From contig NC_087436.1 of NCBI RefSeq assembly GCF_036321535.1, forward strand, positions 71,922,001-71,986,000: 64,000 nucleotides of DNA, given 5' to 3'. Source of the DNA: Camelus dromedarius (taxonomy: Eukaryota). How positions within the stretch are numbered: position 1 is the first letter of the stretch; every line of letters begins with the position of its first letter. A model generated the notes under the pieces. It searched no databases and had not been told where the DNA came from. It worked only from the letters and a program-made list of their open reading frames with translations. A program made the position numbers and the translations under genes. Shown in pieces: positions 42,901-56,219 of this stretch.

Positions 42901-44959
42901 TATTTTTTAATTTATTGAAGTATAGTTGATTTATAATATTATATAAGTTTCAGGTGTACAACATAGCGATTCACATTTTTTAAAGATTATATTCCATTGA
43001 TCATTATTATAAAATATTGGCTATATTCCCTGTGATGTACAATACCTTGTAGCTTGTTTTACACATAGTGGTTTGTACCTCATAATCCTCTACCCCATCT
43101 TGCCCCTCCTCCCTTCCCTCCCCATGCTGACAATCACTAGTTTATTCTCTACATCTGTGAGTCTATTTCTTTTTTGTTTTTTAGATTCCACATAAAAGTG
43201 ATAACATATAGTATTTCTCTTTCTCTGTCTGACTTATTTCATTAAGCATAAAACCCTCCAGGTATATCCATGTTTGTTGCAAATAGCAAAATTTATTGCC
43301 TTTTTATGGCTCAGTAGTATTCTATTATATATATGTGTCTTTATCCATTGTTTGTTGAGGGACACTTAGGTTGCTTCCATATCTTGGCAATTGTAAACAA
43401 TGCTTCTGTGCACATTGGGGTGCATGTATATTTTTGAAATAGTGCTTTCATTTTTTAGGGGGGGATATGTACCTAGGTGTGCAATTGCTGGATCATAAAT
43501 CTTATATGTACTCATGTAAGAGGCCTCTCTGGGTCTAGAAGAGGTCCAGAGCTATTCTATTTTCAGTTTTTTGAGGAACCTTCATACTGTTTTCCACAGA
43601 GGCTGCACCAACAGTACAGCTAACAGTATACAAGTATTCCCTTTTCTCCGCATCCCTGCCAACATTTGTTTTTTGCAGTTTTTTTTATGATAGCCATTCT
43701 GACAGGTATGAGGTGATATCTCACTGTGGATTTGATTTGCATTTCCTAATGATTGGAGATATTTAGCATCTTTTCATGTACCTATTAGCCATCCGTATGT
43801 ATTCTCCAGGAAAATGTCTATTCAGCTCTTCTGCCCATTTTTAAATGAGGTTGTTTCTTTTTTTGATTTTGAGTTGTATGAGCTGTTTATATATTTTGGA
43901 TATCAATCCCTTATCAGTCATATCATTTGCAAATATTTTCTCCCACTCAGTAGGTTGTCTTTTTCTTTTGTTGATGGTTTCCTTTGCAGTGCAAAAGCTT
44001 TTAAGTTTAATTAGGTCTCATTTCTTTATTTCTGTCTTAGGAGATGGATGATATTGCTACAATTTATGTCAAAGAGTGTCCTGCCTATGTTTTTATCTAG
44101 TAGTTTTATTATTTCTCATCTTACAGTTGGGTCTTTAATCCATTTTGAGTTTATTTTTGTATACGATGTGAGAAAATGTTCTAATTTCATTTTTTTACAT
44201 GGTGATGTCCAGTTTTCCCAACATCACTTATTATTAAAAAGAATGTTTTTCCCCATTTTATATTTTTGCCTCCTTTGTCATGGATTAGTTGACCATGTGT
44301 GTGTGGCTTTATTTCTGGGCTCTCTATGCTGTCCCATTGATCTGCATGTCTGTTTTTATGCCAATACCATGCTCTTTTGATTACTGTAGCTCTGTAGTAC
44401 AGTCTGAAGTCAGAGAGTGTGATTCCCTCAGCTCCATTCTTCTTTCTCAAGATTGTTTTGGCTATTTGGGATCTTGTGTGTTTGCATACAAATTTTAAAA
44501 TTATTTGTTCTAGTTCTGTGAAAAATGGCCTTACTGTTTTGATAGGAACTACATTGAACCCATAGATTGCCTCGAGTAATACTGTCATTCTAACAATATT
44601 AATTTCTCCAAATTCTTGAACCCTGTATACCTCTGCTTCTGCTTGTGTCATCCTCAATTTCTTACAGCTTTCCAGAGACAAATTTATTCCTAGTTATTTT
44701 ATTCTTTTTTGATGTGATTATAAATGGGATTGTTTTCTTAATTTTTTTCTGATAGTTTGTTGTTAGTGTATGGAAATGCAACAGATTCTGTATATTAATT
44801 TTGTATCCTGCAACTTTACCAAATTCATTAATGAGCTCTAGTAGTTTTCTGGTAGCATCTTTAGGATTTTCTATGTATAATATCATGTTATCTGCAAACA
44901 GTGACAGTTTTACTTCTTCCTTACCAATTTGAATCCCTTATATTTCTTTTTCTTGTTTT
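42901..44959 (-). mobile_element. LINE-1 (ORF2 RT/C-terminus + 3'UTR) inserted in an L2
   Basis: Minus-strand peptides [33 protein letters not shown] and [12 protein letters not shown]...[22 protein letters not shown] are L1 ORF2. Confidence 0.93.
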
Positions 44960-45183
44960 CGACATCCCTTCTCAGATTTCTCAAAGATGCCTGAAATCAA
45001 ACATGTCCAAATCATACTAATAATATTCCTACATAGTTCTGGTCTTTGTCCAATGCTTCTTAGACCAGTAAGTCATGTCACACCATTGTATTGTACAAGG
45101 CAGAAAGCTAGAAATAATCATGACACCTCTGTTTTCCTCACCACCCATTTTCAGTCCATTAAGTCCTGCTAATTTTATCTCCT

Positions 45184-45655
45184 TGGAGTTTTGTGCTGGG
45201 GAGGACCAGCACCCATGTCTGGCCCCCCTCTTTCTTCTGCCTATCCCTGGCTTCCTCCTATACTATGAAGGGGCCTTATTTATGAACTTGTGGAAACTCC
45301 ACTCATTATGTCCCAGCTCTGTCCATACATCCTCCAAAATTTGCCTCATGGACACTACTCAGGCGTAGGAGTAAATGCATCAGTGATATGGTCTGCCCAT
45401 GGGAAGATGTACTTATGTAAGAGGCCTCTCTGGGTCTAGAAGTGGTCCAGAGCCATTTGCAGAGGGAGTTCAAGGATTAGGGTACCTGAATCATGATCTA
45501 GAAAAGGAAGAGAACATACCCTTGATTTTGTGATGAGCACAGCTAGAAGCAGAATATAGCTGGGGCAGAAAATAGCTGGAAGAAGCCAGCGGAGGCCTTT
45601 GAAAGCATGGATTTTAGAGAAGGGGATCTCTTGCTTGGGTTCTAGACCAGTATCA
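45184..45655. mobile_element. Probable solo LTR (ERVL/MaLR class) inserted in L2
   Basis: 472-bp segment with TG...CA termini, flanked by the 5-bp direct repeat CTCCT (45179-83, 45656-60). L2 sequence reads through (atctcct|aaatatctg) once it is removed. Confidence 0.7.
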
Positions 45656-46954
45656 CTCCTAAATATCTGTTCAGCCTGTCTACTTCTCTCCATTTCTGTT
45701 CCTTTGATGTAGCCCAAGATCTCATCACCTGTTGCTAGAACTATTGCATCATCCCCTGGCTAGTCTTCCTGTATATACTCTTGCCTTTTCTAGTCTCCTC
45801 CTTACACTGCAGCCAGAGTAATCTTCTGAAGCATAAATCAGATTATGTCATTGGGCTAATAAAATCATTCAACTTCTCACTGCTTTTAGAACAGAAACCA
45901 AAAATACTACTGTAGCTAAGATGACGTACAAAGCCAGCTACTCTCACATCTCATCTCACACTGTGCTTCCCCTTAACTCTGTGTCTAGACTCTCTCAGTT
46001 TCTTTCATGCTCTTTCTTTTCTCAAGCATTCTTTGCGCTTTCTGTCTCCTGTGCCTGGAAGGTTATTTTCTTCCTTTTACTTCATGCCCACTTAAAAAAT
46101 TCTCAATTTAAAAGTCATGTCTTTGGAAAAGCCCTCTCAGACTTCCAGGCACATGGAATTGTTAAATAAATATGGCTTCAAGCAGGAACACTGTTTTATC
46201 ACTAAATAATGGAACTATTTCCCCATAGAGGTTTTGTAGCTTTCTACAAGGACAATATATTTCTTTGGGCTTTATAATATTAAAATGATCAATCTCATCC
46301 CTAGCTTTGCCTGCAAATCCAAATAATTGCAAATTCAGCTTTTCTTTCCTGCCTACCAGCCTGCCTTTCTTTTTACTCCTGCAGGAAATTTCATTGTCTT
46401 CTAAACTCGGGCCTAACTCTTTGCTTTCTACATTTTGGCTTTTTATCATTTAGAAATTACACATATTTGTACCCTCCTTCTCTCAGTCCTCTACCTACAC
46501 ATTCCATTTCTTTAGGTGAAGTTCCTTCACAAGCAAAAAGGAGACCAGAGAATACAAATTTGAAGCTTTATAGTCTGTCGAGTTGCACCGTTAGCTGAAG
46601 GGGTTAGAGCCCACACATCTTATTTATGCATGAGACTGCCCTTGAATTTAGAGCTTCTCCTCTGACACTTCTTATCAGCCCAGGAGTACCTCAGGTTCTA
46701 CATGCACAATACTTTACAATGTTGCATTGTAATTACTTTCTATGTGTCTATCTTCCCAATTTAAACTATGGGCTTCAGGACCTAGGGAAGTCTTCAAGAA
46801 CTTCAAGACTGTCTTATTAATCTTTTGTTTCCTCAGAGCCTAGGCAATGCTAGGCATTTAGTGAGCACTCATGCATTCTGAGCATGAATGAAAGACCAGG
46901 TGGTGCTGCTCTAAGTAATCAGTAATAAAACAAGTCTCAAACATTGTTTTCAGA

Positions 46955-47135
46955 ATTGTGCCCTGTCAGCAAGAAGCCTGGTGTTCCTAAGTAAATAGTG
47001 GGTTTGTTGATGCTAGGACAATGTTTACTTTTAGATACCATGATTCTTGATGTGCACTTTTTGCCAATATTCCATGTAATAGTGAAGAAAAATTTGAACT
47101 CATCGATAACAGTCATTTGCTTTCAAGACATTAAA
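46955..47135 (+). promoter_or_regulatory. Probable orthologue of the albumin distal (mouse -10 kb) liver enhancer core
   Basis: ctgtcagca...aatgtttacttttagataccatgattc...gccaatattccatgta...aatttgaactcatcgataacagtc is collinear with my recollection of the mouse Alb enhancer eG/eH region; forkhead site TGTTTAC at 47022-47028. Confidence 0.6.
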
Positions 47136-47296
47136 TGCTGAGAAGCTAATTTACATAATTTTAATGAATGGCTATCTAATATAAACATAAAAATTGAAAT
47201 TGAACTGAAATAGTAATTGTATTTATTTCATCTAATAATTTAAGCTATTGATATTAAATATACTGAATATTGCACAACTTTGAATCAGAAGCATTT

Positions 47297-47460
47297 TGGG
47301 GAGAGGGTATAGCTCAGTGGTAGAATGTGTGCTTAACATGCTCAAGGTCCTGGGTTCAATCCCAGTACCTTCATTAAAAATGAACAAATAAATAAATAAA
47401 CCTAATTACCTCCCCCCTCAAAAAAACCAAAAACAAACAAAAAACCAAAACAAACAAAAA
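47297..47460 (+). mobile_element. Camelid tRNA-derived SINE (Vic-1-like), copy 1 of a tandem pair
   Basis: gggtatagctcagtggtagaa (A box), cctgggttcaatccc (B box), aaacctaattacctcccc, A-rich tail. Confidence 0.88.
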
Positions 47461-47586
47461 AGGAGGGAATTTATAGCTCACGTGGTAGAGCGTATGCTTA
47501 GCATGCACAAGATCCTGGGTTCAATCCCCTGTACCTCATTAAAAAGAATAATTAAAATAAGTAAACCTAATTACCACCCCAAAAAG
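47461..47586 (+). mobile_element. Camelid tRNA-derived SINE (Vic-1-like), copy 2 of a tandem pair
   Basis: tatagctcacgtggtagagcg...cctgggttcaatcccc...aaacctaattaccacccc. Confidence 0.85.
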
Positions 47587-48533
47587 GAGAATTTTGGAAA
47601 GAGAGTGCCATTGTCAACATCATATGTTATTGAAGTTACTTCTTTATGCTATTGAATGCATATTTTTATTGCAACATGTTTTTATCAAATAAATATTTTT
47701 GCAAACCTGTATTATTCTAATAAAAGAATTTTGTTCTTTTCAATGTCTATGTAATGAAAAACTAATTTTGAACAATTCAATGCTTATTATGTGCAATAAT
47801 TATACTTAAAATCATTTTGAAACTATTTATGTTACATAGTTTATTATAATTAGGCTAGAGATGAATTTCCCTTAAAAGAAAGAAAACTAGGCCAATTATT
47901 TATTTGGTATATTTCTCAAAAGTTACAAGTTTTTTTAGATCAAATAATTCATTTCTTGATGTTAGCCCATACATAGATTCTTGAAAAGCTGACAAGAATT
48001 TCAAGACAAATTTCAAGTCTCAGCTGGATGACAGACCAGAGAAGTTTTAGTAAAAGTCCAGCATTGGGAGATTTTAAAACATCTGATAAATTGTAAGCTT
48101 TAAAAGACATCAAGGAGGAAAAAAGCTTATCCTTTAATAAAAACTTTCTAAGTTTGATCCACAGAAGTGTTAACATAGGCATATTTTAGCCACACCACCT
48201 TTGTTGTTTTATAAAAGGTTAAAAAATAGTTTCATTTTGTAATCTCTTTTTTAAATAGTAAGTCTCTTGAATTACGTTTGAAAAAAAGTACGGAATATAA
48301 ATTCTCAGCAGTGGATTAATTTCTGTTTGATTTCCATCTGTAGCTATTATTATGATGGGAGTTACTAGCACTAATTTCAATTTCTATGTTTATAGACCCT
48401 TTGTTGTTAACTTATGCAAAGAGTGGATAAATACGGATTTCAGGCATTAGTTACATTTTTCTTGGGGAAATGATAAAAATACTAGGAAGTGTCATTTTAT
48501 TTCTATAATTTAGACAAGGTAAAGACCTTTCCA

Positions 48534-49533
<1,000 letters not shown>

Positions 49534-52500
49534 AAGACCTTTCCATTTCTTAAAAATGTTAACCTGAACTAGACAGAGAGTAATGCCTGAGGGGCCACTG
49601 GGCAAGTTAGCAATGAACATATTCTCAGATTTGGATCCCAATTCCCTAACTTGATATATTCATTCTCACAGTCAGGACCTTTTCTCATCTTATGACTGTT
49701 TCATTGGTAATATGGAATCACAGAATGTTCAAGGTAGATGGGACCTTAAAGATAATTTAATCCAACTTGACCCATGTGTCATAAAAATATATACAGATCT
49801 GTGTGTTTGAGTTTGGAGCTAGAAATTGACAGTGATTTGAATTAAACTGTATAGTAAAGAGTTGAGAAGTTTGAAATAAATTGTTAAGAAATCTGAGTGA
49901 AAGTAGACTTAAATTCTAGAGACCCAGTGTAATATGAGGAAAGGTGGAATAAGGAACCATCCTACCATTAGAGTTTTGAAGAGAGAAGGATTTAAGAGAT
50001 GGGACAAACCAATGATGGTCATCTAGTGTGGTTTTTATAATGTGAACTTTCTTTTCTTTGTCTTCTGTGACATTTTCAGCAAAGAGTTTTCCCACTAATG
50101 CAAGTGGGTATTTTAGAGGGATGGTTTATGGAGGGAGATGAGGGGAAAGTTGATATTTGGATTATATTACAATTTTTTTGCATTAGAAATGCCTATAAGA
50201 GTTTATACATGTTGGACAATTTTCTTATTTTTTAATGGGAAATGTATCTTCACAAGTGAATAAGAAATTAAATTGCTTACCATGTTTCAATTGGCTAGTT
50301 TGATGGTTAATGGTCTTTCACTTTTCTACCCTTCTGTATTTGTTAGAAAGCAGTCCAGGGCCTTCAATGATAGATAGGATTTATCTTACCTGTCCATGGA
50401 TGTGGACATCCACACACATGTCCTTAGTACAGTAGGAAGAACGCTAAGAAAAGATTTTTACGTTCTTAGCTTTCTCTCCAAATAAATCCAATTTCCCATA
50501 TTTTGGAATGACTTTGGGTTAAGTAGTTGTTTCAGGAAAGTCTCTGTTTAAATACTGAGGCTATTATCAGACATGGTTGTCACATTTTAATGCATATGTT
50601 TCACTTTATTTCTAAAAGAAAGCAACCCAGAAGTAGTAACCTATCACAAAAGGAGATGACATAAGGACTGGACCAAGAAGATGGACAGATGGAGGGAAAC
50701 CTGATTTGAATGACATGGTGAGAAGCTTCAGGAATGCAGAGAGTAGTCAGAGGGCATAGGTTTAAGGTTATGATGGGTTAGCAAAGAAGTGGGGAACTGG
50801 TCCCAAGAGAGATTTCATCTATTTCAAAACTGTGCTTTTTCTATCTGTCAACATGAGTGCTTTAAAAATACTGGACAAAAGGGATAAAGGGTCAGGTTTA
50901 ATCCCAGTTGTATTTCAACTGTTATTTTTTTCTCTTCTAAATGATCAGTACATTATTGTTCCTTCCATATTGAAGTAATCTTCTTAACCACTCTCTCTTT
51001 AAATTTCACCCATAAAAATGGGAGAACATTGAAAAATTTTTGGAGCTAGTTTCCTATTTACCTAGAAACTAGAGTCTGTAAGCCATATTTATAACTCTTG
51101 TTTTAAATAATTACATTTACTCTCATACCATTTTCCTTCGATGACTAACTGAATATGAGTTTAAAAGGTTGAAGAACAGAATATTTAGAAATAACCAACA
51201 ATTGTATAGTTTTATTCTTCTCAGTACAGCATGTACATTTAGAATTAATACGAGAAAAATGTAAGTATCCTTACTTTGGGAACCATAAAATGCAAATGTT
51301 CAAGGGTTTTTTATTAATTAAGATAAGTTTTAAGCAGATAGTGTTAAGAATTAAATATTTTAATTTCTCAACCATCTGTTAATCTTTAAAAAGGATACAC
51401 ACGTGGAAAACACATTATTGATACTCCAAGGAAAGATTCCTTCAGGACTTTTCAATTTTATATTTGGAAACTATGGGACCTTCATTAAACATAGGACTTT
51501 CAATTTTAAGTTTCTAGAATCACAGTGAATTTGATTTTTTTTTTGTTTTCTATTTTTACCGTTATATTACAATATAATATTGCAGTGCAAATTAGATAGA
51601 GAGACTATTATTATTTTCACTTGTTAAATAAAAAATATGCACAAAGTATATATATGAATGACAAAGGTCTGATTCTGTGAATTGGTAATACAATTATATC
51701 CAATGATAAGAATTCCATGTTTGGTCAGACCTTCGCAGAAGACTCATAAGGAAAAAACTTGGGTTGAACACTTACTTCAAATGAAAGATGCCTACTTTTT
51801 CTTGGAAGCAAAAAGAAAAATTGACATAATTTATCCAAAAGGGAGAAAGGAAAAAAGTATGAAATAGGGATGGAAAGAATATGATGCCTGGTAAAGAAGA
51901 TCTAGGATTCTTATAACCACTAAAGTTATAATCAGACTCAGCCTGTCCTGTGTATATTATGATGGCAAAGATCATCATTACTGCCATTGCATCCATTTTC
52001 TTCCTCATGTCTTCTTAACTGAAAGTTTTATGACAGATACCCACATTGCCTCTGAGTACTTTGTGCCAGGGACTGGATCACATGTGGGCTAGAGCTGAGA
52101 TGAAAATGTAGGACTTCTGAATACCCATTTGAGTTGTTACTGTTGCTATGGCTTTTTCTTAGTTTGCATCTGAAACGTCAGCTTTTTCGGACAAAACGGT
52201 TTCAGAAGAATGAAAAGGCATGGAAGCCCTCTAATATGTGTGTGTGTGTCTGTACATTTTTCATTACTTATCAGTAAAAGCATATTTGAAATTAGTAATA
52301 GATACAGTTTGGAGCTTAGCTCTTTTTTAGTATGTCTTATTTCTGAGCTAAGTCTTTGGTTCGGTTAAATTTTTGCAAATATTGAAACTAAAATGTTCAA
52401 ATGACAAATCACAGACGGAGGACATGGTAATGGTACAAATCGTTTAAACTCTTATGTAAAAATTGATAAGGTGTTTTACATAACTTTAATGAATTGACAA

Positions 52501-52539
52501 GGTCTTGTAGAGAAAACAGTTCCAGATGGCAAACATACG

Positions 52540-52690
52540 TAAGGGATTTAGTCAAACAATTTTTTGGCAAGAATGCTATGAATTTTGTAATCATTTGTGA
52601 GCCAATGAAATACAAAGATGAGTCTAGTTAATAATCTACAATTATTGGCTAAAGAAGTATATTAATGCTGATTTCCCTCTACACATCCTA
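52540..52690 (+). promoter_or_regulatory. ALB: ALB proximal promoter
   Basis: NF1-type TTGGC at about 52564; C/EBP/DBP-type site ATGAATTTTGTAAT at about 52578-52591; CCAAT 52602-52606; HNF1 site GTTAATAATCTAC 52627-52639; TATA-like TATATTAA 52658-52665; start site expected near 52690. Confidence 0.92.
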
Positions 52691-52728
52691 CCTTTTCTCT
52701 TCTGTCAGCCTCGCAAGCCTTTGACACA

Positions 52729-52807
52729 ATGAAGTGGGTGACTTTTATTTCCCTTCTCTTTCTCTTCAGCTCTGTTTATTCCAGGGGTGTGTTTCGTCGA
52801 GATACAC
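52729..52807 (+). CDS. ALB: Serum albumin exon 1 coding part (signal peptide + propeptide, [27 protein letters not shown])
   Basis: ATG at 52729; 79 nt; donor gtaag at 52808. Confidence 0.98.
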
Positions 52808-53542
52808 GTAAGAATTCTATTTTTCTATTGTTCAACTTATTTTATTTTCCTAGTAAAAGAAAGTGTCAGTAAACCTTGAATCTTTAATGAAGTAAGTTTC
52901 CCTTTAGCGCTTATTTCTGGACTGTTATATTTTGTATTTGTGAACCCTTAAGCAGTCATTTTATTAATATATTTCTAACATCCTAGGTGAAAAAATAGTG
53001 AGAATTGTTTAGTATTTATAATTTCCTTTTGCACATGAAGGAGCTTATGCAGAGTGACTTAAACTTAACAGAATATAGTTGAAGATAGAATTCAAAACTT
53101 CAAATTCCCAAGGGCCTGTCCACTGTACCTTAATTTATAAAAACAAAACAAAACAAAACAAAACCTGTATTGTTAATGTTACTACTAGAACTTGTATTTC
53201 TATTTTTCACTTCGAACATTCCTCTTAGTAGGTATTAATAGACACTACAAGAGCATTAGCTTTTATCTGAGTTTGAATGTAAAGCTATAAATATTTAATG
53301 ATTTTAATGACTTTTTTTCAAATAGCATCATGGTGATTAAATAACTCTTCTGTTTAAATGCAGAAGAAATAATTCACCACCATCCTAAGATTTTCTGTAG
53401 GGATCAGAGCCCAATATCTTGAAACAAATGAATACCTAAGTCAAATGGAGAGAAACAGAAAAAATAGTATCTTAAACAGTTGTTTCTTCATAATTTAAGC
53501 AAATCTTTTTATTTTTTTGTCTCCTTTTTTTCCCCTCCCCAG

Positions 53543-53600
53543 ACAAGAGTGAGATTGCTCATCGGTTTAAAGATTTGGGAGAAGATGATTTCAAAGGCCT
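53543..53600 (+). CDS. ALB: Serum albumin exon 2 (KSEIAHRFKDLGEDDFKG-L)
   Basis: Pyrimidine tract + cag acceptor; 58 nt; gtaag donor; phase consistent. Confidence 0.98.
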
Positions 53601-53695
53601 GTAAGTTAAAATATTGTAGAATCAAATTTAATGTTTCTAATAGTGTCAGTTATTATTTTGAAGTCCTTATATTCCCCTGTCATCAGAGATTCTAG

Positions 53696-53905
53696 AACAG
53701 CACTGTCCAATAGAATTATCTGCATTGATGGAAATATTCTATATTGGTGTTGCCTAATATGGTTGTCACTGGCTACGTGTGGCTATTGAGTACTTTAAAT
53801 ATGGCAAGTGCAACTGAGGATCAAAAATTTAAACAGTATTTAATTTTAATTTATTTAAATATGTATTGTCACTTGTGGCTAATGGCAACCTTATTGGACA
53901 GTGTA
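53696..53905. mobile_element. hAT-Charlie element (MER3-like) in ALB intron 2
   Basis: Inverted ends cactgtccaatagaa ... ttattggacagtg, with MER3-like internal sequence. Confidence 0.8.
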
Positions 53906-54152
53906 GCTCTGCAGCTCTTATATAACCTGCATGGTGGAAAAGATTTTACTGTGTGGTTCCTTTAACAACTCGCTTACTACATTCCTTTACCTAGCAAATC
54001 GTTCTGGTGTTTCTTGAGACCATTTTAATATTTTTTAATCTAGTTAAAAAGTGAGAAAATAGCTTATTTTTCAAGGTCTGTCATATCCTACAGCCTGATT
54101 AAATGAAATATGTGCTTGTGATTTTTGTTTTGTTTTAAATAGTTAAAGGGCC

Positions 54153-54242
54153 AGCAGGGTATAGCTCAGTGGTAGACTGTGCTTAGCATGCAGGGGGTCC
54201 TGGATTCAATCCCCAGTACCTCCATTAAAACAAACAAACAAA
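54153..54242 (+). mobile_element. Camelid tRNA-derived SINE (Vic-1-like) with TSD in ALB intron 2
   Basis: A/B boxes; flanked by taaatagttaaagggcc (54136-52) and taaatagttaaggggcc (54243-59). Confidence 0.88.
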
Positions 54243-54574
54243 TAAATAGTTAAGGGGCCGATGTAATGCCCCAGTCTTAACAATTAGGTCAATTTACAAT
54301 GCATTTTGCTCGCCTGCTCTGTGTGTATGTATCTACTGACATGCACAAACATATATTTAGATATGGTGGAAATACACATCCTCTTTGCTTAGAAAGCCAC
54401 ATATACCTGGTTAGACCTCCGATAACAGCTGGTGTGAACAGGCTTTCTGGATAATAGTAAGAAAGATGTGTAAAACAGGGAACATACACAGATGCACAGT
54501 TTGTTTTCTAGCATTGCTACCTACTGTCTGTTAAAATTTTGTTATGCTACCCTTTTCTATGTCCCTTGTTTCAG

Positions 54575-54707
54575 GGTGCTGATTGCCTTTTCTCAGTATC
54601 TCCAGCAGTGCCCATTTGACGATCATGTAAAATTAGTGAATGAAGTAACTGAGTTTGCAAAAACATGTGTTGCTGATGAGTCAGCTGCAGATTGTGACAA
54701 GTCACTT
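54575..54707 (+). CDS. ALB: Serum albumin exon 3 ([44 protein letters not shown])
   Basis: 133 nt, AG/GT boundaries, includes free Cys34. Confidence 0.98.
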
Positions 54708-56010
54708 GTAAGTATATTCTGATTTTGAATAGTATTTCTTCTTTTAAGGAATCCTGAATGTTTAAAATGAAAAAAAAAAAACCCATTTTAGTTTTCTCAA
54801 GTATTACTAAATGGCTGTATTTGTAAGCAACACTCAAAAGTGGGTGCAGCCATTGTTTCCTCTCTGGTAGAGATGTCCTAGCTATACCCACAGTTTTAAA
54901 ACATTTCTTTAGTGAGAACACGCACAAGAGTCATAGTATATTTAAATGAAAGTTTTTCATTTGTAGAAATCTCTTTTTAAAATTTTAAGTTAGATTTCTT
55001 TTCATAGAGGCTACTAATGGTGGCATAGTTTTTATCTTCAGAAAGTACTCAGCTGATTTCTGTGCTGATTTTGTTACCTGGGTAAAATAATAGTATAGCA
55101 TGTTTTCCTCATTTAGGAATATTCATGTTTTACATACAATAAAAAAAATCAGGACTTTGAACTTCAGGTATTTTCAGAGAGATCTTCTATACAAGGATAG
55201 AGCTTTATGTTTCTCTCACCACTTAATCTATACCTTTCTGGGGACAGGCAATTTTTTATTTATCACTGAAGCCTTCCTTCTTATTTCTCTCTATATGTAC
55301 TTCTGCCTCAAGGCAGAATCAGTTCTTTAACTCTGCACAATAATATGGCTCTAAATATGAATTTTTAAAAAAATTAATAAATTCTGTCTTGAGTAGAATA
55401 TTTCCCCTGAAGTTACAATTACTTTCATAATATAAATTAATGGGCAGAAAGGATTCATTTAATGGAATGTGCTTTGAGTCAAGTATTTCTAGAATTAAAA
55501 AACCTGTATTTTAATGCTTAATTAATTAAAACTTAATTAATACCCAGTAGATAGTGTTACTCCTCAGTTTTGAATGGTCTTTACTAAAAAGTTGGACCTC
55601 TTAAGAAGCAGCAGCTCAAACAAGACACTATCTGAATACTTTCCTCCCTAATGTGAATTCATCTATTACTTAGAGGATTATTTTTCCTTGACTTTTTATT
55701 ATAGTGATCACTTTCCTAGCCTTTAGTCTCAGGTAGAAATAGGAGTTATGTTTATTCCTTAAAGCCATTGATTGTCTTCTTGCCCTTCTGTTTTATTCAC
55801 TGTAAGTAATAGTGTCAAGTTAATTCTTGTGAAAATTACACATAGATGGTCAAATCAAGGGAAACTCTCTAAACCTGAGGAAAGAAAGTGAATTTTTATA
55901 TGATTTCCTAACCAAGGTTTACTAGGATATGAATTTTTTAGTACTGTGTTTTGGGTATAAGGAAAATAAAATGCTGCCCAGCAATGTGAATCCTGCTCTC
56001 TTCCATTTAG

Positions 56011-56219
56011 CATACTCTCTTTGGAGATAAACTGTGTACGGTTGCATCTCTCCGTGAGACCTATGGTGAGATGGCTGACTGCTGTGAGAAACAAGAGCCA
56101 GAGAGAAATGAGTGCTTTCTGCAACACAAAAGTGATAACCCAGACCTCCCTAAACTGAAGCCAGAACCCGAAGCTTTGTGCACAGCCTTCCAGGAAAATG
56201 AAAAGAGATTTGGAGGAAA
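56011..56219 (+). CDS. ALB: Serum albumin exon 4 ([25 protein letters not shown]...[11 protein letters not shown])
   Basis: 209 nt, tag/gtaag boundaries, frame continuous. Confidence 0.98.

Noticed and set aside
47305..47370. Possible tRNA genes (also at about 31.5, 47.5 and 54.2 kb)
   Set aside because: These are tRNA-derived SINE heads with degenerate stems and A-rich tails (one with a clear TSD), not functional tRNAs.
52768..52782. Signal peptide SSVYS rather than the usual SSAYS
   Set aside because: Val is tolerated at the -3 position of signal peptidase sites, so it is unlikely to matter.
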